Source: an uncultured Fibrobacteraceae bacterium (GTDB lineage: Bacteria > Krumholzibacteriota > Krumholzibacteriia > LZORAL124-64-63). Taken from it: DNA of 64,000 nucleotides. This document shows positions 33,843-46,322 of the stretch, in pieces (position 1 is the first letter of the stretch; each line of letters begins with the position of its first letter). The stretch spans positions 39,770-103,769 of the forward strand of contig CAZSNA010000002.1 of assembly GCA_964607825.1 (NCBI GenBank). Reading direction: 5' to 3'. The notes below the pieces were generated by a model. The model ran no database searches and was not told where the DNA came from. It was given only the letters and a program-made list of their open reading frames with translations. The position numbers and the translations under genes are program-made.

Positions 33843-33927
33843 GTCGCCCCGTCCCCCCGGAACCTCTGGCGCTCCCCGTCCTTACATGCTTCCATGACCT
33901 CCAGACCAACCCGAGGGAGGAAGCGCC

Positions 33928-35154
33928 ATGAAGACCGCCTGGATCCCCATCGTCCTCGCCGCCCTGGGACTCGGCTCGACCGCCGAGGCCAGCAGCTGCG
34001 CTCCGGAGGACCCCTTCGCCGCCGCCGATGCGGCCGCGGCCGCCAACGCCTTCGCCGTCGATCTGTATCGCGAGATCTCCGCCGGCGACGACAACCTCTT
34101 CTACTCGCCCTCGAGCCTCGCGGCCGCTCTGGCCATGACCTGGGCGGGCGCGCGCGGGGAGACCGCCGCCGAGATGGCGGACGTGCTCCACCTGCCCGCC
34201 GACCAGGCCGCGGCCCACGCCGCCTGGGCCGCCCTGCAGGACGCCTGGGCGCCGGGCGAGGACGCGACCCACCGCCTGGAGGTCGCCAACCGGCTCTGGC
34301 CGCAGATCGGCTTCGACCTGCAGCCGTCGTACCTGGAGCTGGTGCGCGAGCGCTACGACGGCGGCCTGCAGCCCCTCGACTTCGTCGGCGATCTCGAGGG
34401 CTCGCGCCTGACCATCAACGCCTGGGTCGAGGATCGGACCGAGGAGAAGATCAAGGATCTGCTGCCTCCGGGCAGCCTCGTCCCCGCCACGCGCCTGGTG
34501 CTGACCAACGCCGTCTACTTCCTCGGCGACTGGAAGCACGCCTTCGAGCCCCGCGCCACCCGCGACGAGGATTTCCGCCTGCCCGACGGCGGGACGGTCG
34601 CGGCGCCCATGATGCGCCAGGTCGAGCGCCTGAACCTGGCCGTGCACGAGGGGGTGCGCGTGCTGGAGCTGCCCTACGCGGGCGAGGAGCTGTCCATGTT
34701 CGTGCTGCTGCCCGACGCGCCCGACGGCCTGGCCGATCTGGAGCGCCGTCTCGACGCCGCGACCCTGGAGACCTGGCTGGGCGGCGCGACGCCCGAACGG
34801 GTGCGCTGCGTGCTGCCGAAGTTCAGCGTCACGGCCGGCTTCGACCTGGCCGCGACCCTGGCGAAGATGGGCATGCCCTCGGCCTTCGCGCCGTCGCGGG
34901 CCGATTTCTCGGGCCTGACCGGCGGCAAGGACCTGGTGATCGATCGCGTGATCCACAAGGCCTTCGTGGACGTGGACGAGACGGGCACCGAGGCGGCGGC
35001 GGCCACGGCGATCACCATGAAGCTGACCAGCGTGTCCAATGAGCCGCCTCCGGTCGAGTTCCGGGCGGACCATCCGTTCCTGTACCTGATCCGGCATCGG
35101 GAGACCGGCGCCATCCTGTTCCTGGGGCGCTTGACGGATCCGCGGACGTCTTGA
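33928..35154 (+). CDS. serpin family serine protease inhibitor (secreted)
   Basis: Signal peptide, then NAFAVDLYREI...NLFYSPSSLAAALAM. Hinge/reactive-centre loop DETGTEAAAATAITMKL and C-terminal FRADHPFLYLIRHRETGAILFLGRLTDP. Confidence 0.9.
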   Translation: MKTAWIPIVLAALGLGSTAEASSCAPEDPFAAADAAAAANAFAVDLYREISAGDDNLFYSPSSLAAALAMTWAGARGETAAEMADVLHLPADQAAAHAAWAALQDAWAPGEDATHRLEVANRLWPQIGFDLQPSYLELVRERYDGGLQPLDFVGDLEGSRLTINAWVEDRTEEKIKDLLPPGSLVPATRLVLTNAVYFLGDWKHAFEPRATRDEDFRLPDGGTVAAPMMRQVERLNLAVHEGVRVLELPYAGEELSMFVLLPDAPDGLADLERRLDAATLETWLGGATPERVRCVLPKFSVTAGFDLAATLAKMGMPSAFAPSRADFSGLTGGKDLVIDRVIHKAFVDVDETGTEAAAATAITMKLTSVSNEPPPVEFRADHPFLYLIRHRETGAILFLGRLTDPRTS

Positions 35155-35257
35155 CCCGAGGGAACAACGCGGCTAGCCTGACGTACCAGTGCGAGTGCCA
35201 ACCTTCCGGTCCGCGTCGGAGACCCCATCCGATCGCGATCATCTGGAGGAGATCAAG

Positions 35258-35905
35258 ATGACATCGTTGAGAAAGCCGGTTCTGGCCGGACTCACGCTTC
35301 TGTGCCTCGTCGCCGTGCTGGCCGAGGACGCCGACGCCCGACCGCTGCGTCGCGGCCCCGGGCAGTCCGAGGTCATCATCGAGGGCAGCGCCGCGCGGCC
35401 CTTCGGCGACCTGGCCGCCGACTGGACCGAGCCCGCCGGCTTCCAGGCCGGACAGGGCTGGGAGGTGGGCTTCCGCTTCCGCCAGCGCTTCCCGGCGGGC
35501 TGGGCCGTGTCGCCCTCGTTCCACTACGTGGACTTCGGCAACTATCTGGCCGTCGATCCCGTCGAGGACATGGACATCGGGCCCAAGATGTACCGCTACG
35601 GCATCGACGTGCAGTACTTCTTCCCCGCGTCCCACGGGAATCCGCAGCTCTACTTCAGCTTCGGCGCCGCCCTGATCCGCAACAAGCTGCGCATCGGCTA
35701 TCTCGACACCGAGGACTTCTTCGACGACGGCGCCAACGCGGTGGCCGGCGCCGCGGGCCTGGGCGTGCGCATCGGCAATTTCGAGATTTCCGGGGAATAC
35801 AACCTGAACAAGTTCAGCACCTCGCGCTTCATCGACGGTCAGGAGGACTTCGACTGGAGCTACGCCGTGCTGCGCGTGGGCATCGCCCTGCCCGGTTCCT
35901 ACTAG
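35258..35905 (+). CDS. outer-membrane beta-barrel protein (OmpA-beta/porin-like small barrel)
   Basis: ATG 35258 after GGAGGAG. Signal peptide. Alternating strands ending ...AVLRVGIALPGSY (aromatic C-terminus). Confidence 0.6.
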   Translation: MTSLRKPVLAGLTLLCLVAVLAEDADARPLRRGPGQSEVIIEGSAARPFGDLAADWTEPAGFQAGQGWEVGFRFRQRFPAGWAVSPSFHYVDFGNYLAVDPVEDMDIGPKMYRYGIDVQYFFPASHGNPQLYFSFGAALIRNKLRIGYLDTEDFFDDGANAVAGAAGLGVRIGNFEISGEYNLNKFSTSRFIDGQEDFDWSYAVLRVGIALPGSY

Positions 35906-35952
35906 AGATCAAGCCCGGGGCGCCGGTTCGCGCCATCGGTCATAAGACAAAC

Positions 35953-35984
35953 GAAGACGGCACCGCTCGCGCGGTGCCGTCTTC
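35953..35984. terminator. bidirectional hairpin terminator
   Basis: Perfect 14-bp stem GAAGACGGCACCGC / GCGGTGCCGTCTTC with loop TCGC, between convergent genes. Confidence 0.65.
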
Positions 35985-36019
35985 TTCGCGTGTCCCGCAG
36001 CTACGGCGGGCCCGCTCGG

Positions 36020-36379
36020 TCAGAAGACCGCGATGGGCTGTCCGGGCTGTCCCGGCGCGCCCAAGGTGGGCGTGTACGGCTCTGAGGCGACGGACCAGGG
36101 CCCCTGGCGTCCCTGACCGTCGACGCCCGCCACGCGGATGCTGTGCTCCGTATCGTAGGCGGCCGTCAACACGTACTCGTTGCTGTGCGCGTTGTTGTCC
36201 ACGGTGACCCAGTTGCCGCCGTCCTCCGAATGCTGGACGACGTAGTGGTCGACCGGCGAGCCGGTGGTCGGTGCCGACCAGGTATAGGTCACCTCTTCCT
36301 GGGCCGCGGCGGTCGCGGCGAGGGCCAGGATGGACAGGGCGGTCAGTAGGGGGATCCGGATACGATTGCACTGCTTCAT
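36020..36379 (-). CDS. small secreted FN3-domain protein
   Basis: ATG 36379. Signal peptide MKQCNRIRIPLLTALSILALAATAAAQ. FN3 pattern: YTWSAPTTGSPVDHYVVQHSEDGGNWV...HSIRVAGVDGQGRQGPWS. Confidence 0.65.
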   Translation of the reverse strand: MKQCNRIRIPLLTALSILALAATAAAQEEVTYTWSAPTTGSPVDHYVVQHSEDGGNWVTVDNNAHSNEYVLTAAYDTEHSIRVAGVDGQGRQGPWSVASEPYTPTLGAPGQPGQPIAVF

Positions 36380-36772
36380 CTTGATGCGCTCCGTCTCGTG
36401 TCGGGCAGGCCCCCCCCGGGGGCGTCGGGTGTCTCGGATTCGGTGTCGAACGGGGTCCGGGCTGGCCGTCACGTCGGTTGTTGCAAGCACGGTGCCATGT
36501 CTTCGTGTGACGCCGGAGTTGAGGCGTCCTGTCGATACCGGACCGGAGGCGCGTCCGTGCGCTCCCGGTCGTGCCCCGTCGTTCCCCGTGGGGGAGGACG
36601 GGATGCGCTCGCCCGGCGCGGTGGGGAAGTGCGGGCGGAACGCGAAATCGGCGGATCCGCATTGCGAAAGGGAGTTCGGCTCCCATATTTGACTCTCACA
36701 ATGCGAGCCGCGCTGTCGCGCGACGCCCTGAATGTCGGGCATGACGATGTCGTACGCAACGGGAGAAACGCC

Positions 36773-37318
36773 ATGAATCCGGAAGTCGTTGCCCTGTGGC
36801 CAGAACTGGAGTGGATCGAGAACGAGGAATTGCGCGAGCAGACCGCCCGGACCTGGGAACAGGCCCTGGCCGAGAGCGATCTGGACGCCGAGGACCTGCA
36901 GCGCATCCCCTTCACGCTGCTGGTGCCGGACCTGAAGGTGAGCTTCATGGCCCACAAGCGCTGCGTGGTGCATGTGGCCCGCGAGTCGGCCCTGAAGATG
37001 AACGAGTTCTTCGGTGACGACCTGCAGTGCGACATGGACACCGTGATCGCCGGCGCCATCCTGGCCGACGTCGGCAAGCTGCTGGAATACAAGAAGAACC
37101 CCGACGGCACCAGCGGGAAGAGCGACTGCGGCAAGTACCTGCGCCACCCCTTCAGCGGTGTGGCCGTGGCGCGCGCCTGCGGCGTGCCCGACCGGGTCTG
37201 CCACATCATCGCCGCCCACGCGGGCGAGGGGAACATGGTCACGCGCACGCCCGAGGCCTACGTGGTGCACCATGCGGACTTCATGACCTTCCTCCCCTTC
37301 AAGCACAAGTTCGAGTAG
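36773..37318 (+). CDS. HD-domain-like phosphohydrolase with variant motif
   Basis: ATG 36773 after GGGAGA. HKRCVVHVA..., then GAILADVGK where canonical HD proteins have LHDIGK (His replaced by Ala), and a later HHADF. Confidence 0.55.
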   Translation: MNPEVVALWPELEWIENEELREQTARTWEQALAESDLDAEDLQRIPFTLLVPDLKVSFMAHKRCVVHVARESALKMNEFFGDDLQCDMDTVIAGAILADVGKLLEYKKNPDGTSGKSDCGKYLRHPFSGVAVARACGVPDRVCHIIAAHAGEGNMVTRTPEAYVVHHADFMTFLPFKHKFE

Positions 37319-37328
37319 ACTGTCCGGC

Positions 37329-38801
37329 ATGAAAGCCGCCGGACATCGCTGGTTCTTGCGTCTCGGACTCGCGCTCGCCGGCCTGGCCGCCCTGGGGCTG
37401 CCGGGCTGCGAGCGTGGGCCCGAGCGTCCCAACGTGGTGGTCGTGGTGCTGGACACCCTGCGACGCGACGCCACCGGTCCGGCCACCGACGCCACGCCGC
37501 CGGCGCTGCGCCGGGAAGGGCTGACCCCCCGCCTGGACGCCCTGGCAGCCGAGGGCGTGACGTTCCGGTCGGCCTGGGCGTCGGCGCCGTGGACGACGCC
37601 GTCCCACGCCTCCCTGTTCACCGGACGCCTGCCCGCCCGCCACGGCTGCACCTCCCTCCATCCCCAACTGGACGACGGGATCCCCACCTTCGCCGAGCGT
37701 CTGCTCGACGCGGGCTACGACACAGGGGCCTTCTTCAGCAACACCTGGCTCGCGCACCGCACCACGCGTCTGCTGCGGGGGTTCGACACGCGCGAGGAGG
37801 CCCAGCTCGGCCGCATCGGCAAGCTCCGCAGCGAGCGGGGCGACCAGGGCGGCGGGGAGAGCCTCGACAACGTGTCCCATTGGCTCGGCCGCCAGACCGC
37901 GGAGACCCCGTTCCTGCTCTTCGTGAACTTCCTGGAGCCGCATCTCGCCTACGATCCGCCGGCGGACTACCGCGAGCAGGCCCTGTCCGACCTGGCGCCG
38001 CACGACCGCATCGAGATCGACTGGGCCCACGCCTTCAACGCGGGCGTCCACGATCCGGAGGCGGTGAACTGGGACCGCGTGGCGCGTCTCTACGCGGGGG
38101 ACTGCTGGCACGCCGACAGCCTGCTGGGACACGTGCTGGATCGGCTGGAGGAACTGGAGCTGGCCGACGACACCGTGGTCGTCGTCACCTCCGATCACGG
38201 CGAGCACCTGGGCGACCACGGGCTGATGGACCACCAGTTCTCCGTCGCGGAGGCGCTGCTGGCCGTGCCGCTGGTGGTGCACGTGCCGCCGCGCTGGCGC
38301 TCGCGTCTCGATCTCGGCGTCGCGCCGGGCGGGGTCCGCGACGACCCGGTGGTGCTGGTCGACGTTTACGCCACCGTGCTCGAGATGGCCGGCCTGGCGC
38401 CCGATCCGGACACGCCCTACGCCCGCTCGCTCCTCGACGCGCCCGCGCCGCCGGACCGGCCCCTGTACGCCGAGTACGCCGGGCCGGTGCCGAAGCTGCT
38501 GGACATCCTGCGCGAGTTCAATCCGGAGGCGGACCTGTCGCATCTCGCGCCGGCCCGCGCCACGGTCCGCGTGGGCGACTGGCGCCTGAGCGCGACCTCG
38601 GCGGGGGACACGGTGCTGCATCACCTGGGACGCGACCCCGGCCAGACGCGCGACCTCCGCGGCGAGGAACCCGCGATCGCGGCCGAGCTCGCCGCGCTGC
38701 TGGCGGAGCTGGCGGCGGGCCGGATCGAGATCGGGGACGAGGAGATCGAGATCGACGAGGCCACGCGCCGCCAGCTCGAGTCCCTGGGATACGCCCACTG
38801 A
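37329..38801 (+). CDS. sulfatase-like hydrolase/transferase (alkaline-phosphatase superfamily) lipoprotein
   Basis: Lipobox LGLPGC. PNVVVVVLDTLRRD, then APWTTPSHASLFTG (Thr at the nucleophile position instead of Cys/Ser-x-P-x-R), then VVVVTSDHGEHLGDHG. Confidence 0.8.
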   Translation: MKAAGHRWFLRLGLALAGLAALGLPGCERGPERPNVVVVVLDTLRRDATGPATDATPPALRREGLTPRLDALAAEGVTFRSAWASAPWTTPSHASLFTGRLPARHGCTSLHPQLDDGIPTFAERLLDAGYDTGAFFSNTWLAHRTTRLLRGFDTREEAQLGRIGKLRSERGDQGGGESLDNVSHWLGRQTAETPFLLFVNFLEPHLAYDPPADYREQALSDLAPHDRIEIDWAHAFNAGVHDPEAVNWDRVARLYAGDCWHADSLLGHVLDRLEELELADDTVVVVTSDHGEHLGDHGLMDHQFSVAEALLAVPLVVHVPPRWRSRLDLGVAPGGVRDDPVVLVDVYATVLEMAGLAPDPDTPYARSLLDAPAPPDRPLYAEYAGPVPKLLDILREFNPEADLSHLAPARATVRVGDWRLSATSAGDTVLHHLGRDPGQTRDLRGEEPAIAAELAALLAELAAGRIEIGDEEIEIDEATRRQLESLGYAH

Positions 38802-38908
38802 GCCGAACTCGGCTTGACAGACGGCGAAACTGCGTTATCTAACTCGGAGCCGAGGCGCGCTGCCGCGCCCGGGCGATTCAGATTCAGCTCTCCCGGGAGG
38901 GACACGAC

Positions 38909-39139
38909 ATGGCCGATAATACCGACAAGGTCGCCGACAACGTAGATGGCGCCTGGTTCGTCGACACCAACTGCATCGACTGCGATCTCTGCCGCCAGAC
39001 GGCGCCCGACAACTTCGAGCGCAACGAGGACGACGGCTACACCTACGTCTCCAAGCAGCCGGAGAACGGGGAAGAGGAGGAGCTCTGCCAGGAGGCCCTG
39101 GAGGAGTGTCCGGTCGAGGCCATCGGCGACGACGGCTGA
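38909..39139 (+). CDS. small single-cluster ferredoxin
   Basis: WFVDTNCIDCDLC...ALEECPVEAI pattern. 76 aa, acidic. RBS GGGAGGGA upstream. Confidence 0.8.
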   Translation: MADNTDKVADNVDGAWFVDTNCIDCDLCRQTAPDNFERNEDDGYTYVSKQPENGEEEELCQEALEECPVEAIGDDG

Positions 39140-39285
39140 TCACGGCCGACGGTACGAAGAGGGTCCCGCTCGATGGAGCGGGGCCCTTCGTTTATCATGT
39201 GGAACGCGGAACCTCGGGTTCGACAAGGCGTAGAAGCGCCCGCCAAGACGATAATCCCCCTGATCCCGATACGAGAGGTAGAACC

Positions 39286-40752
39286 ATGAGACAAGCGATC
39301 GAAGGCAAGCGCGCGGGCTGGGCCCTGGGGCTGCTGCTGCTGGGCGCCGGCTTCGTCCTGGGCCTGTCGGCGTCCGGCGGCGACGAGACGGCCGTGCCGG
39401 GGCTGTCCCCGACGGCCGCCGTGGCGGCGCCCGCGAACGAGCTGCGCAGCTACGCCGACGTGGCCGACGCGGCCATGGGCGGCGTGGTGAACATCTCCAC
39501 CGACAAGGTGGTCGAGATGCCCGACTGGCATCCCATGCTGGAGGACCCCCTCTTCCGCCGCTTCTTCGGCCAGCCGGACGACGAGGGGGGCAACGAACGC
39601 GTGGAGCGGTCGCTGGGCTCCGGCGTCATCGTGAGCGAGGACGGCTACATCCTCACCAGCAACCACGTGATCGCCCAGGCGAGCAAGATCCGCGTGATGC
39701 TCAACGGCAACACCGAGTACGAGGCGGAGATCGTCGGGCAGGACGAGATGACCGACGTGGCCCTGATCAAGATCGAGCCCGATGGGCCGCTGCCCACGGT
39801 GCGGATCGGCGACTCGCGCGCCCTGCGCATCGGCGACCAGGTGATGGCCGTCGGCAACCCCTTCGGCGTGGGCCAGACCGTCACCCTGGGCATCGTCAGC
39901 GCCCTGGGCCGCACCATCGGCCTGATGCAGTACGAGGACTTCATCCAGACCGACGCGTCCATCAACCCCGGCAACTCGGGCGGCGCCCTGGTGAACATGC
40001 AGGGCGAGCTGGTGGGCATCAACACGGCCATCCTCAGCCGCAGCGGCGGCTCGCAGGGGGTCGGCTTCGCGATCCCCAGCCACATGGCCGAGCGGATCAT
40101 GGGCATGCTGATCGCCGACGGCCGCGTCAAGCGCGCCTGGCTCGGCGTGATCACGGGCGAGGTGGACCGGACCATGGCCGACGCCCTGGGCATGGAGCGT
40201 CCGCGCGGCGTGCTGATGACCGCGGTCAACGAGGACACGCCGGCCGAGAAGGCGGGACTCGAGGAGGGCGACGTCATCCTGTCGGTGGACGGCAAGGACG
40301 TGAACTCCATCAGCGAGCTGCGCAACACCATCAGCCTGGCGGGCGTGGGCACCGAGGTCGAGCTGGACGTCCTGCGCGACGGCCGCGAGCGCGAGCTGAC
40401 CGTGGAGCTCGGCGAGATGCCGGCCGACCTGACGGCGGCGCGGTCGACGGAGGACGACGAGGATTCCGCCGGCGGCCTGGACGGCGTGACCGTGCGGACC
40501 CTGTCTCCGCGCCTGCGCGCCCAGCTCGAACTGGACGACGACCTCGAGGGTGTGGTAGTGACAGATGTCGAACGGACCAGCAACGCCTGGCACCGGGGAC
40601 TGCGCGAGGGCGCGGTGATCCTCGAGGTGGCCCGCGAGCGGGTCCGCGACCTGGACGACTACCGGCGTCTGATCGAGAAGGACCAGGATCGCCCCGCGCT
40701 GCTGAAGGTGCGGCGCGGCGAGCAGACGACGGTGATCGCCATACCCAGATAA
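39286..40752 (+). CDS. htrA: periplasmic serine endoprotease HtrA/DegP/DegQ family (trypsin-like + 2 PDZ)
   Basis: ATG 39286 after GAGAGGT. Catalytic triad contexts TSNHVI, DVALIKI and GNSGGALVN. Two PDZ-like segments. Confidence 0.9.
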   Translation: MRQAIEGKRAGWALGLLLLGAGFVLGLSASGGDETAVPGLSPTAAVAAPANELRSYADVADAAMGGVVNISTDKVVEMPDWHPMLEDPLFRRFFGQPDDEGGNERVERSLGSGVIVSEDGYILTSNHVIAQASKIRVMLNGNTEYEAEIVGQDEMTDVALIKIEPDGPLPTVRIGDSRALRIGDQVMAVGNPFGVGQTVTLGIVSALGRTIGLMQYEDFIQTDASINPGNSGGALVNMQGELVGINTAILSRSGGSQGVGFAIPSHMAERIMGMLIADGRVKRAWLGVITGEVDRTMADALGMERPRGVLMTAVNEDTPAEKAGLEEGDVILSVDGKDVNSISELRNTISLAGVGTEVELDVLRDGRERELTVELGEMPADLTAARSTEDDEDSAGGLDGVTVRTLSPRLRAQLELDDDLEGVVVTDVERTSNAWHRGLREGAVILEVARERVRDLDDYRRLIEKDQDRPALLKVRRGEQTTVIAIPR

Positions 40753-40761
40753 GCGGGTCCC

Positions 40762-41844
40762 ATGCGTCTCCTCTTCGCGAGCTGTCTCGACGAGTGGGGC
40801 GGCGGAGAGCAATGGATGCTCTCCGCCGCCCTCGGTTTACGCGACCGGGGGCACGCGTGCCGCCTGGCCTGCCGCCCCGGCAGCGCCCTCGGCGAGCGCG
40901 CGTCCGCGGCGGGTCTGACGGTCCACCCGGTGCGCTACCGCGGCGACCTGGACCCGGCCACCACCTGGCGCTTCTGGCGGCTCTGCCGCACCCACCGCAT
41001 CGACCTCTGCTGCCTGAACATGGACAAGGTGCTGCGCACCGGCGGCCTCGGCGCCCGCTGGGCCGGGGCGGCGGTGGTGCCGCGGCGGGGCAGCGAGTCG
41101 CCCGTCGGCGGCAAGGTCTCCCACAAGCTCGCCTACCTGAAGGTGGCCGACGGCGTGATCGCCAACTCCCGGGCCACCCGCCGCACCATGCTCGAGAGCG
41201 CGCCCTGGCTGCCGCCCGAGCGCATCCGCGTCATCTACAACGGCATCGACTGCCGGCGTTACGCCGACGACTCGGCCCGCGCCCGCGTGCGCGCCGAGCT
41301 GGGCGCCGGCCCCGACGATCCGGTGATCGCCATGGTCGGCGAGCTGACCACGCGCAAGAACCACCGCGCGGTGGTGGCGCGGCTGGCGGCGCTGAGGACC
41401 CGGTTCCCCGGGCTGCAGGTGTGGATCGCGGGGGAGGGGCCGGAGCGCGAGGCGCTGGCCGACCTGGGCGGCGAGGGCCTGAAGCTGCTGGGCTTCCGCG
41501 ACGACGTGCCCGACCTGCTGCAGGGCGCCGACCTGGTCTGCCACCCGGCCCGACGCGAGGGGTTCGGCTACGTGGTCGTGGAGGCCATGGCGGCCGGCCG
41601 GCCGGTGATCGTCGCGCGGGCCAGCAACCTGCCCGAGATCGTCGCCGACGGGAAGACGGGACTGCTGGTGGATCCGGAGGACGGCGACGGCTGGGAGTCG
41701 GCGATCGCCGGGCTGCTGGCCGATCGCGAGCGCGCGGCCGCCCTGGCCGCGTCCGGACGCGCCCGCGCACGCGCCGAGTACGACATCGCGCGGATGCTGG
41801 ACGAGACGGAGGCGTACTTCGAGGATTGCCGGGCGCGGCGTTGA
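40762..41844 (+). CDS. glycosyltransferase family 4 (GT-B)
   Basis: GGGEQWMLSAALGLRDRGH N-domain. C-domain EGFGYVVVEAMAAGRPVIVAR...EIV..GKTGLLV (EX7E-type motif). Confidence 0.85.
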   Translation: MRLLFASCLDEWGGGEQWMLSAALGLRDRGHACRLACRPGSALGERASAAGLTVHPVRYRGDLDPATTWRFWRLCRTHRIDLCCLNMDKVLRTGGLGARWAGAAVVPRRGSESPVGGKVSHKLAYLKVADGVIANSRATRRTMLESAPWLPPERIRVIYNGIDCRRYADDSARARVRAELGAGPDDPVIAMVGELTTRKNHRAVVARLAALRTRFPGLQVWIAGEGPEREALADLGGEGLKLLGFRDDVPDLLQGADLVCHPARREGFGYVVVEAMAAGRPVIVARASNLPEIVADGKTGLLVDPEDGDGWESAIAGLLADRERAAALAASGRARARAEYDIARMLDETEAYFEDCRARR

Positions 41845-41908
41845 ACGCGCCGGGCCGATCCGGTACGGTCCCCGGATCGAATCCGTCATCCGCTTCCATG
41901 GAGGCCCC

Positions 41909-42214
41909 ATGCGATTGAACGGCAACAAGGCCTGCCCGCATTGCGGGGCGCGGCAGACGATCTTCACGCCCCTGATCAAGCCGTTCAGCACCTGGGACTG
42001 TCCCGCGTGCGGCGGGCGGCTCTACAGTCCCATGAGCCGCAACTTCGTCATGGTCCTGGCCTGCAGCCTGATCCAGTTTCCCATGATGCTGGTCTCGGAC
42101 ACGCTCGCCTGGCGTCTGTCCGCGATCCTGATCGTCTGGGTCGGGTTCGGCATGCTCTTCGCCCACCTGGCCCTCGACGTCCAGGTCACCGAATCCTCCA
42201 CCCGGGAGTCCTGA
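41909..42214 (+). CDS. zinc-ribbon membrane protein (hypothetical)
   Basis: ATG after GGAGG. CPHC...CPAC ribbon followed by two hydrophobic helices. The stop lies 1 nt before the next gene's GTG. Confidence 0.55.
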   Translation: MRLNGNKACPHCGARQTIFTPLIKPFSTWDCPACGGRLYSPMSRNFVMVLACSLIQFPMMLVSDTLAWRLSAILIVWVGFGMLFAHLALDVQVTESSTRES

Positions 42215-43355
42215 CGTGCGCACCGCTCCGATCCTCGCCTCGGTCCTCGTCGGCCTGCTCGCCCTCGCCGGCTGCGCCCCCGACGACCACGCCGTCCTGG
42301 AGACCCGCTTCGCCGCAGCCCTGGACAGCCTCGTGGCCCATCACGGCGTGCCCGGCGCCACCGCCGCCTACGTCCTGGCCGACGGTACGCTCGGCCGCGC
42401 CCATGCCGGCGTGGGCAACGAGGCCACCGGCGCGCCCATGCCCGCGGACGCGCGCATGATCACCGGCAGCGTCGGCAAGACCTGGGTGGCCGCGCTCGCG
42501 CTGATGCTCGAGCGGGAGGGGGCGCTGGACTTCGACGCGCCCCTGTCGACCTATCTGGGCGACCGGCCCTGGTTCGGCCGCCTGCCCAACGGCGACCGCA
42601 TCACCCTGCGCCACTGCCTGCGCCACGAGGCGGGCGTGCCCGACCACATCACGACCGAGCGCTTCACGCGCGAGGTGAGCGCCATGGTGGCCTCGGGCGA
42701 TCCCGACTCCACCTTCGCCCACGAGTACCTGCTCTCGTTCATCTTCGACGAGGCGCCCGTCCACGCGCCGGGGGAGGACTGGCACTACACGGACACCCAC
42801 TACTTCCTGGTGGGCCTGGCCATCGAGTCGGTCACCGGGCGGCGCTACGACGACCTGCTCCGCGAGCGCCTGCTCGAGCCCCTGGGCCTGGACGACACCG
42901 CCCCCACCGACACCCCGCGCCTGCCCCGCCTGATCGACGGCCACGTGGAGACGGACAACATCTTCGGCCTGCCGGAGACCTCGCTCCTGGAGCCCGGCCT
43001 GATGAACCACAACCCCGCCCTGGAGTGGTGCGGCGGCGGCGTGGTCTCCACCGCGGCGGACCTGGCCAGCTGGGCGAAGCTGCTCTACGAGGGGAAGGCG
43101 CTGGACGCGGACTACGTGGACGAGCTGGTCGACGGGGCGCTCATGGACGACGCCGACCCGTCGGCGGGCGCCTACGGGCTGGCCTGCTTCGTGCAGCCCT
43201 CGCCCCACGGCGAGACCTGGGGGCACAGCGGCTGGTATCCCGGCTACCACACGCTGGTGACCTACTACACGGAGTCGCGCGTCGCGGTGACCCTGCAGAT
43301 CAACCGGGACTACGACTCGCATATGCGGGAGATCGCCGCCGCCCTGGCGGATGTC

Positions 43356-45743
<2,388 letters not shown>

Positions 45744-45760
45744 TCGGTACCTCCGCGGAG

Positions 45761-46108
45761 TCAGTCGTCCGGGCTGTCGTGGGCGTCGAGCAGCGCCTGG
45801 GCCTCCTCGATCCGATCGGCCGGCACCATGAAGATAACCGGCCCGCTGATGGGGTTGACGGGAACCAGCCGGCCGAAGCCGAACAGGTCCTGGAGCTGTT
45901 CGTTGCGCGCCAGGTACGGGATGCCGGCGTCGTCGAGCAGGGACTTCACCAGGGCCGCCCGGATGGCGTCGCCGGTCTCTACGAGCTGCGCCAGCTCGAG
46001 ATCGGCCACGGGCGGGGCGGTCGGAGGCTCCGCCTGGAGGGCGACGCCGCAGTTGGCGCACTCACTCACTCCGGGGACGTACTCGGCACCGCAGTCGGGG
46101 CAGTACAT
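45761..46108 (-). CDS. zinc-ribbon + DUF2007-like (putative signal-transducing, PII-fold) small protein
   Basis: [15 protein letters not shown] ribbon. The C-terminal [16 protein letters not shown]...[17 protein letters not shown] matches the DUF2007 pattern. It lies 18 nt upstream of the hybrid kinase. Confidence 0.65.
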   Translation of the reverse strand: MYCPDCGAEYVPGVSECANCGVALQAEPPTAPPVADLELAQLVETGDAIRAALVKSLLDDAGIPYLARNEQLQDLFGFGRLVPVNPISGPVIFMVPADRIEEAQALLDAHDSPDD

Positions 46109-46322
46109 GTCGTCCTCCCTGTCTCCCTGTCTCCCTCTCGGACCGGTTGTTCGGCCGGACTCTACATGCCCGTCGGCCCGCGATCAAGCGCGGGATCGCG
46201 GTCACGGGGGCCTGGGCACGATATCTGCAGACGACGGGAGCCTACGCCGTCGAGTCCGCGAACCCGGATCCGGCCGAGCAAAGGTAACGAACTGCCGCCC
46301 AGGTGTTTCGGAAGGACGGTCC

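Noticed and set aside
32438-35097. ORFs 32438-33931 (+), 32664-33503 (-), 33811-35097 (-) and 33894-35042 (+) overlapping the lipoprotein and serpin genes.
   Set aside because: They are low-complexity Arg/Gly/Pro shadows. The serpin and lipoprotein frames carry clear signals and motifs.
36398-36772. 125-codon N-terminal extension of the HD-like ORF, and the 555-aa minus-strand ORF 36020-37687.
   Set aside because: The extension is Arg/Gly/Ser-rich and overlaps the divergent FN3 gene's start region. Only the last 119 codons of the minus ORF (from ATG 36379, with a signal peptide) look coding.
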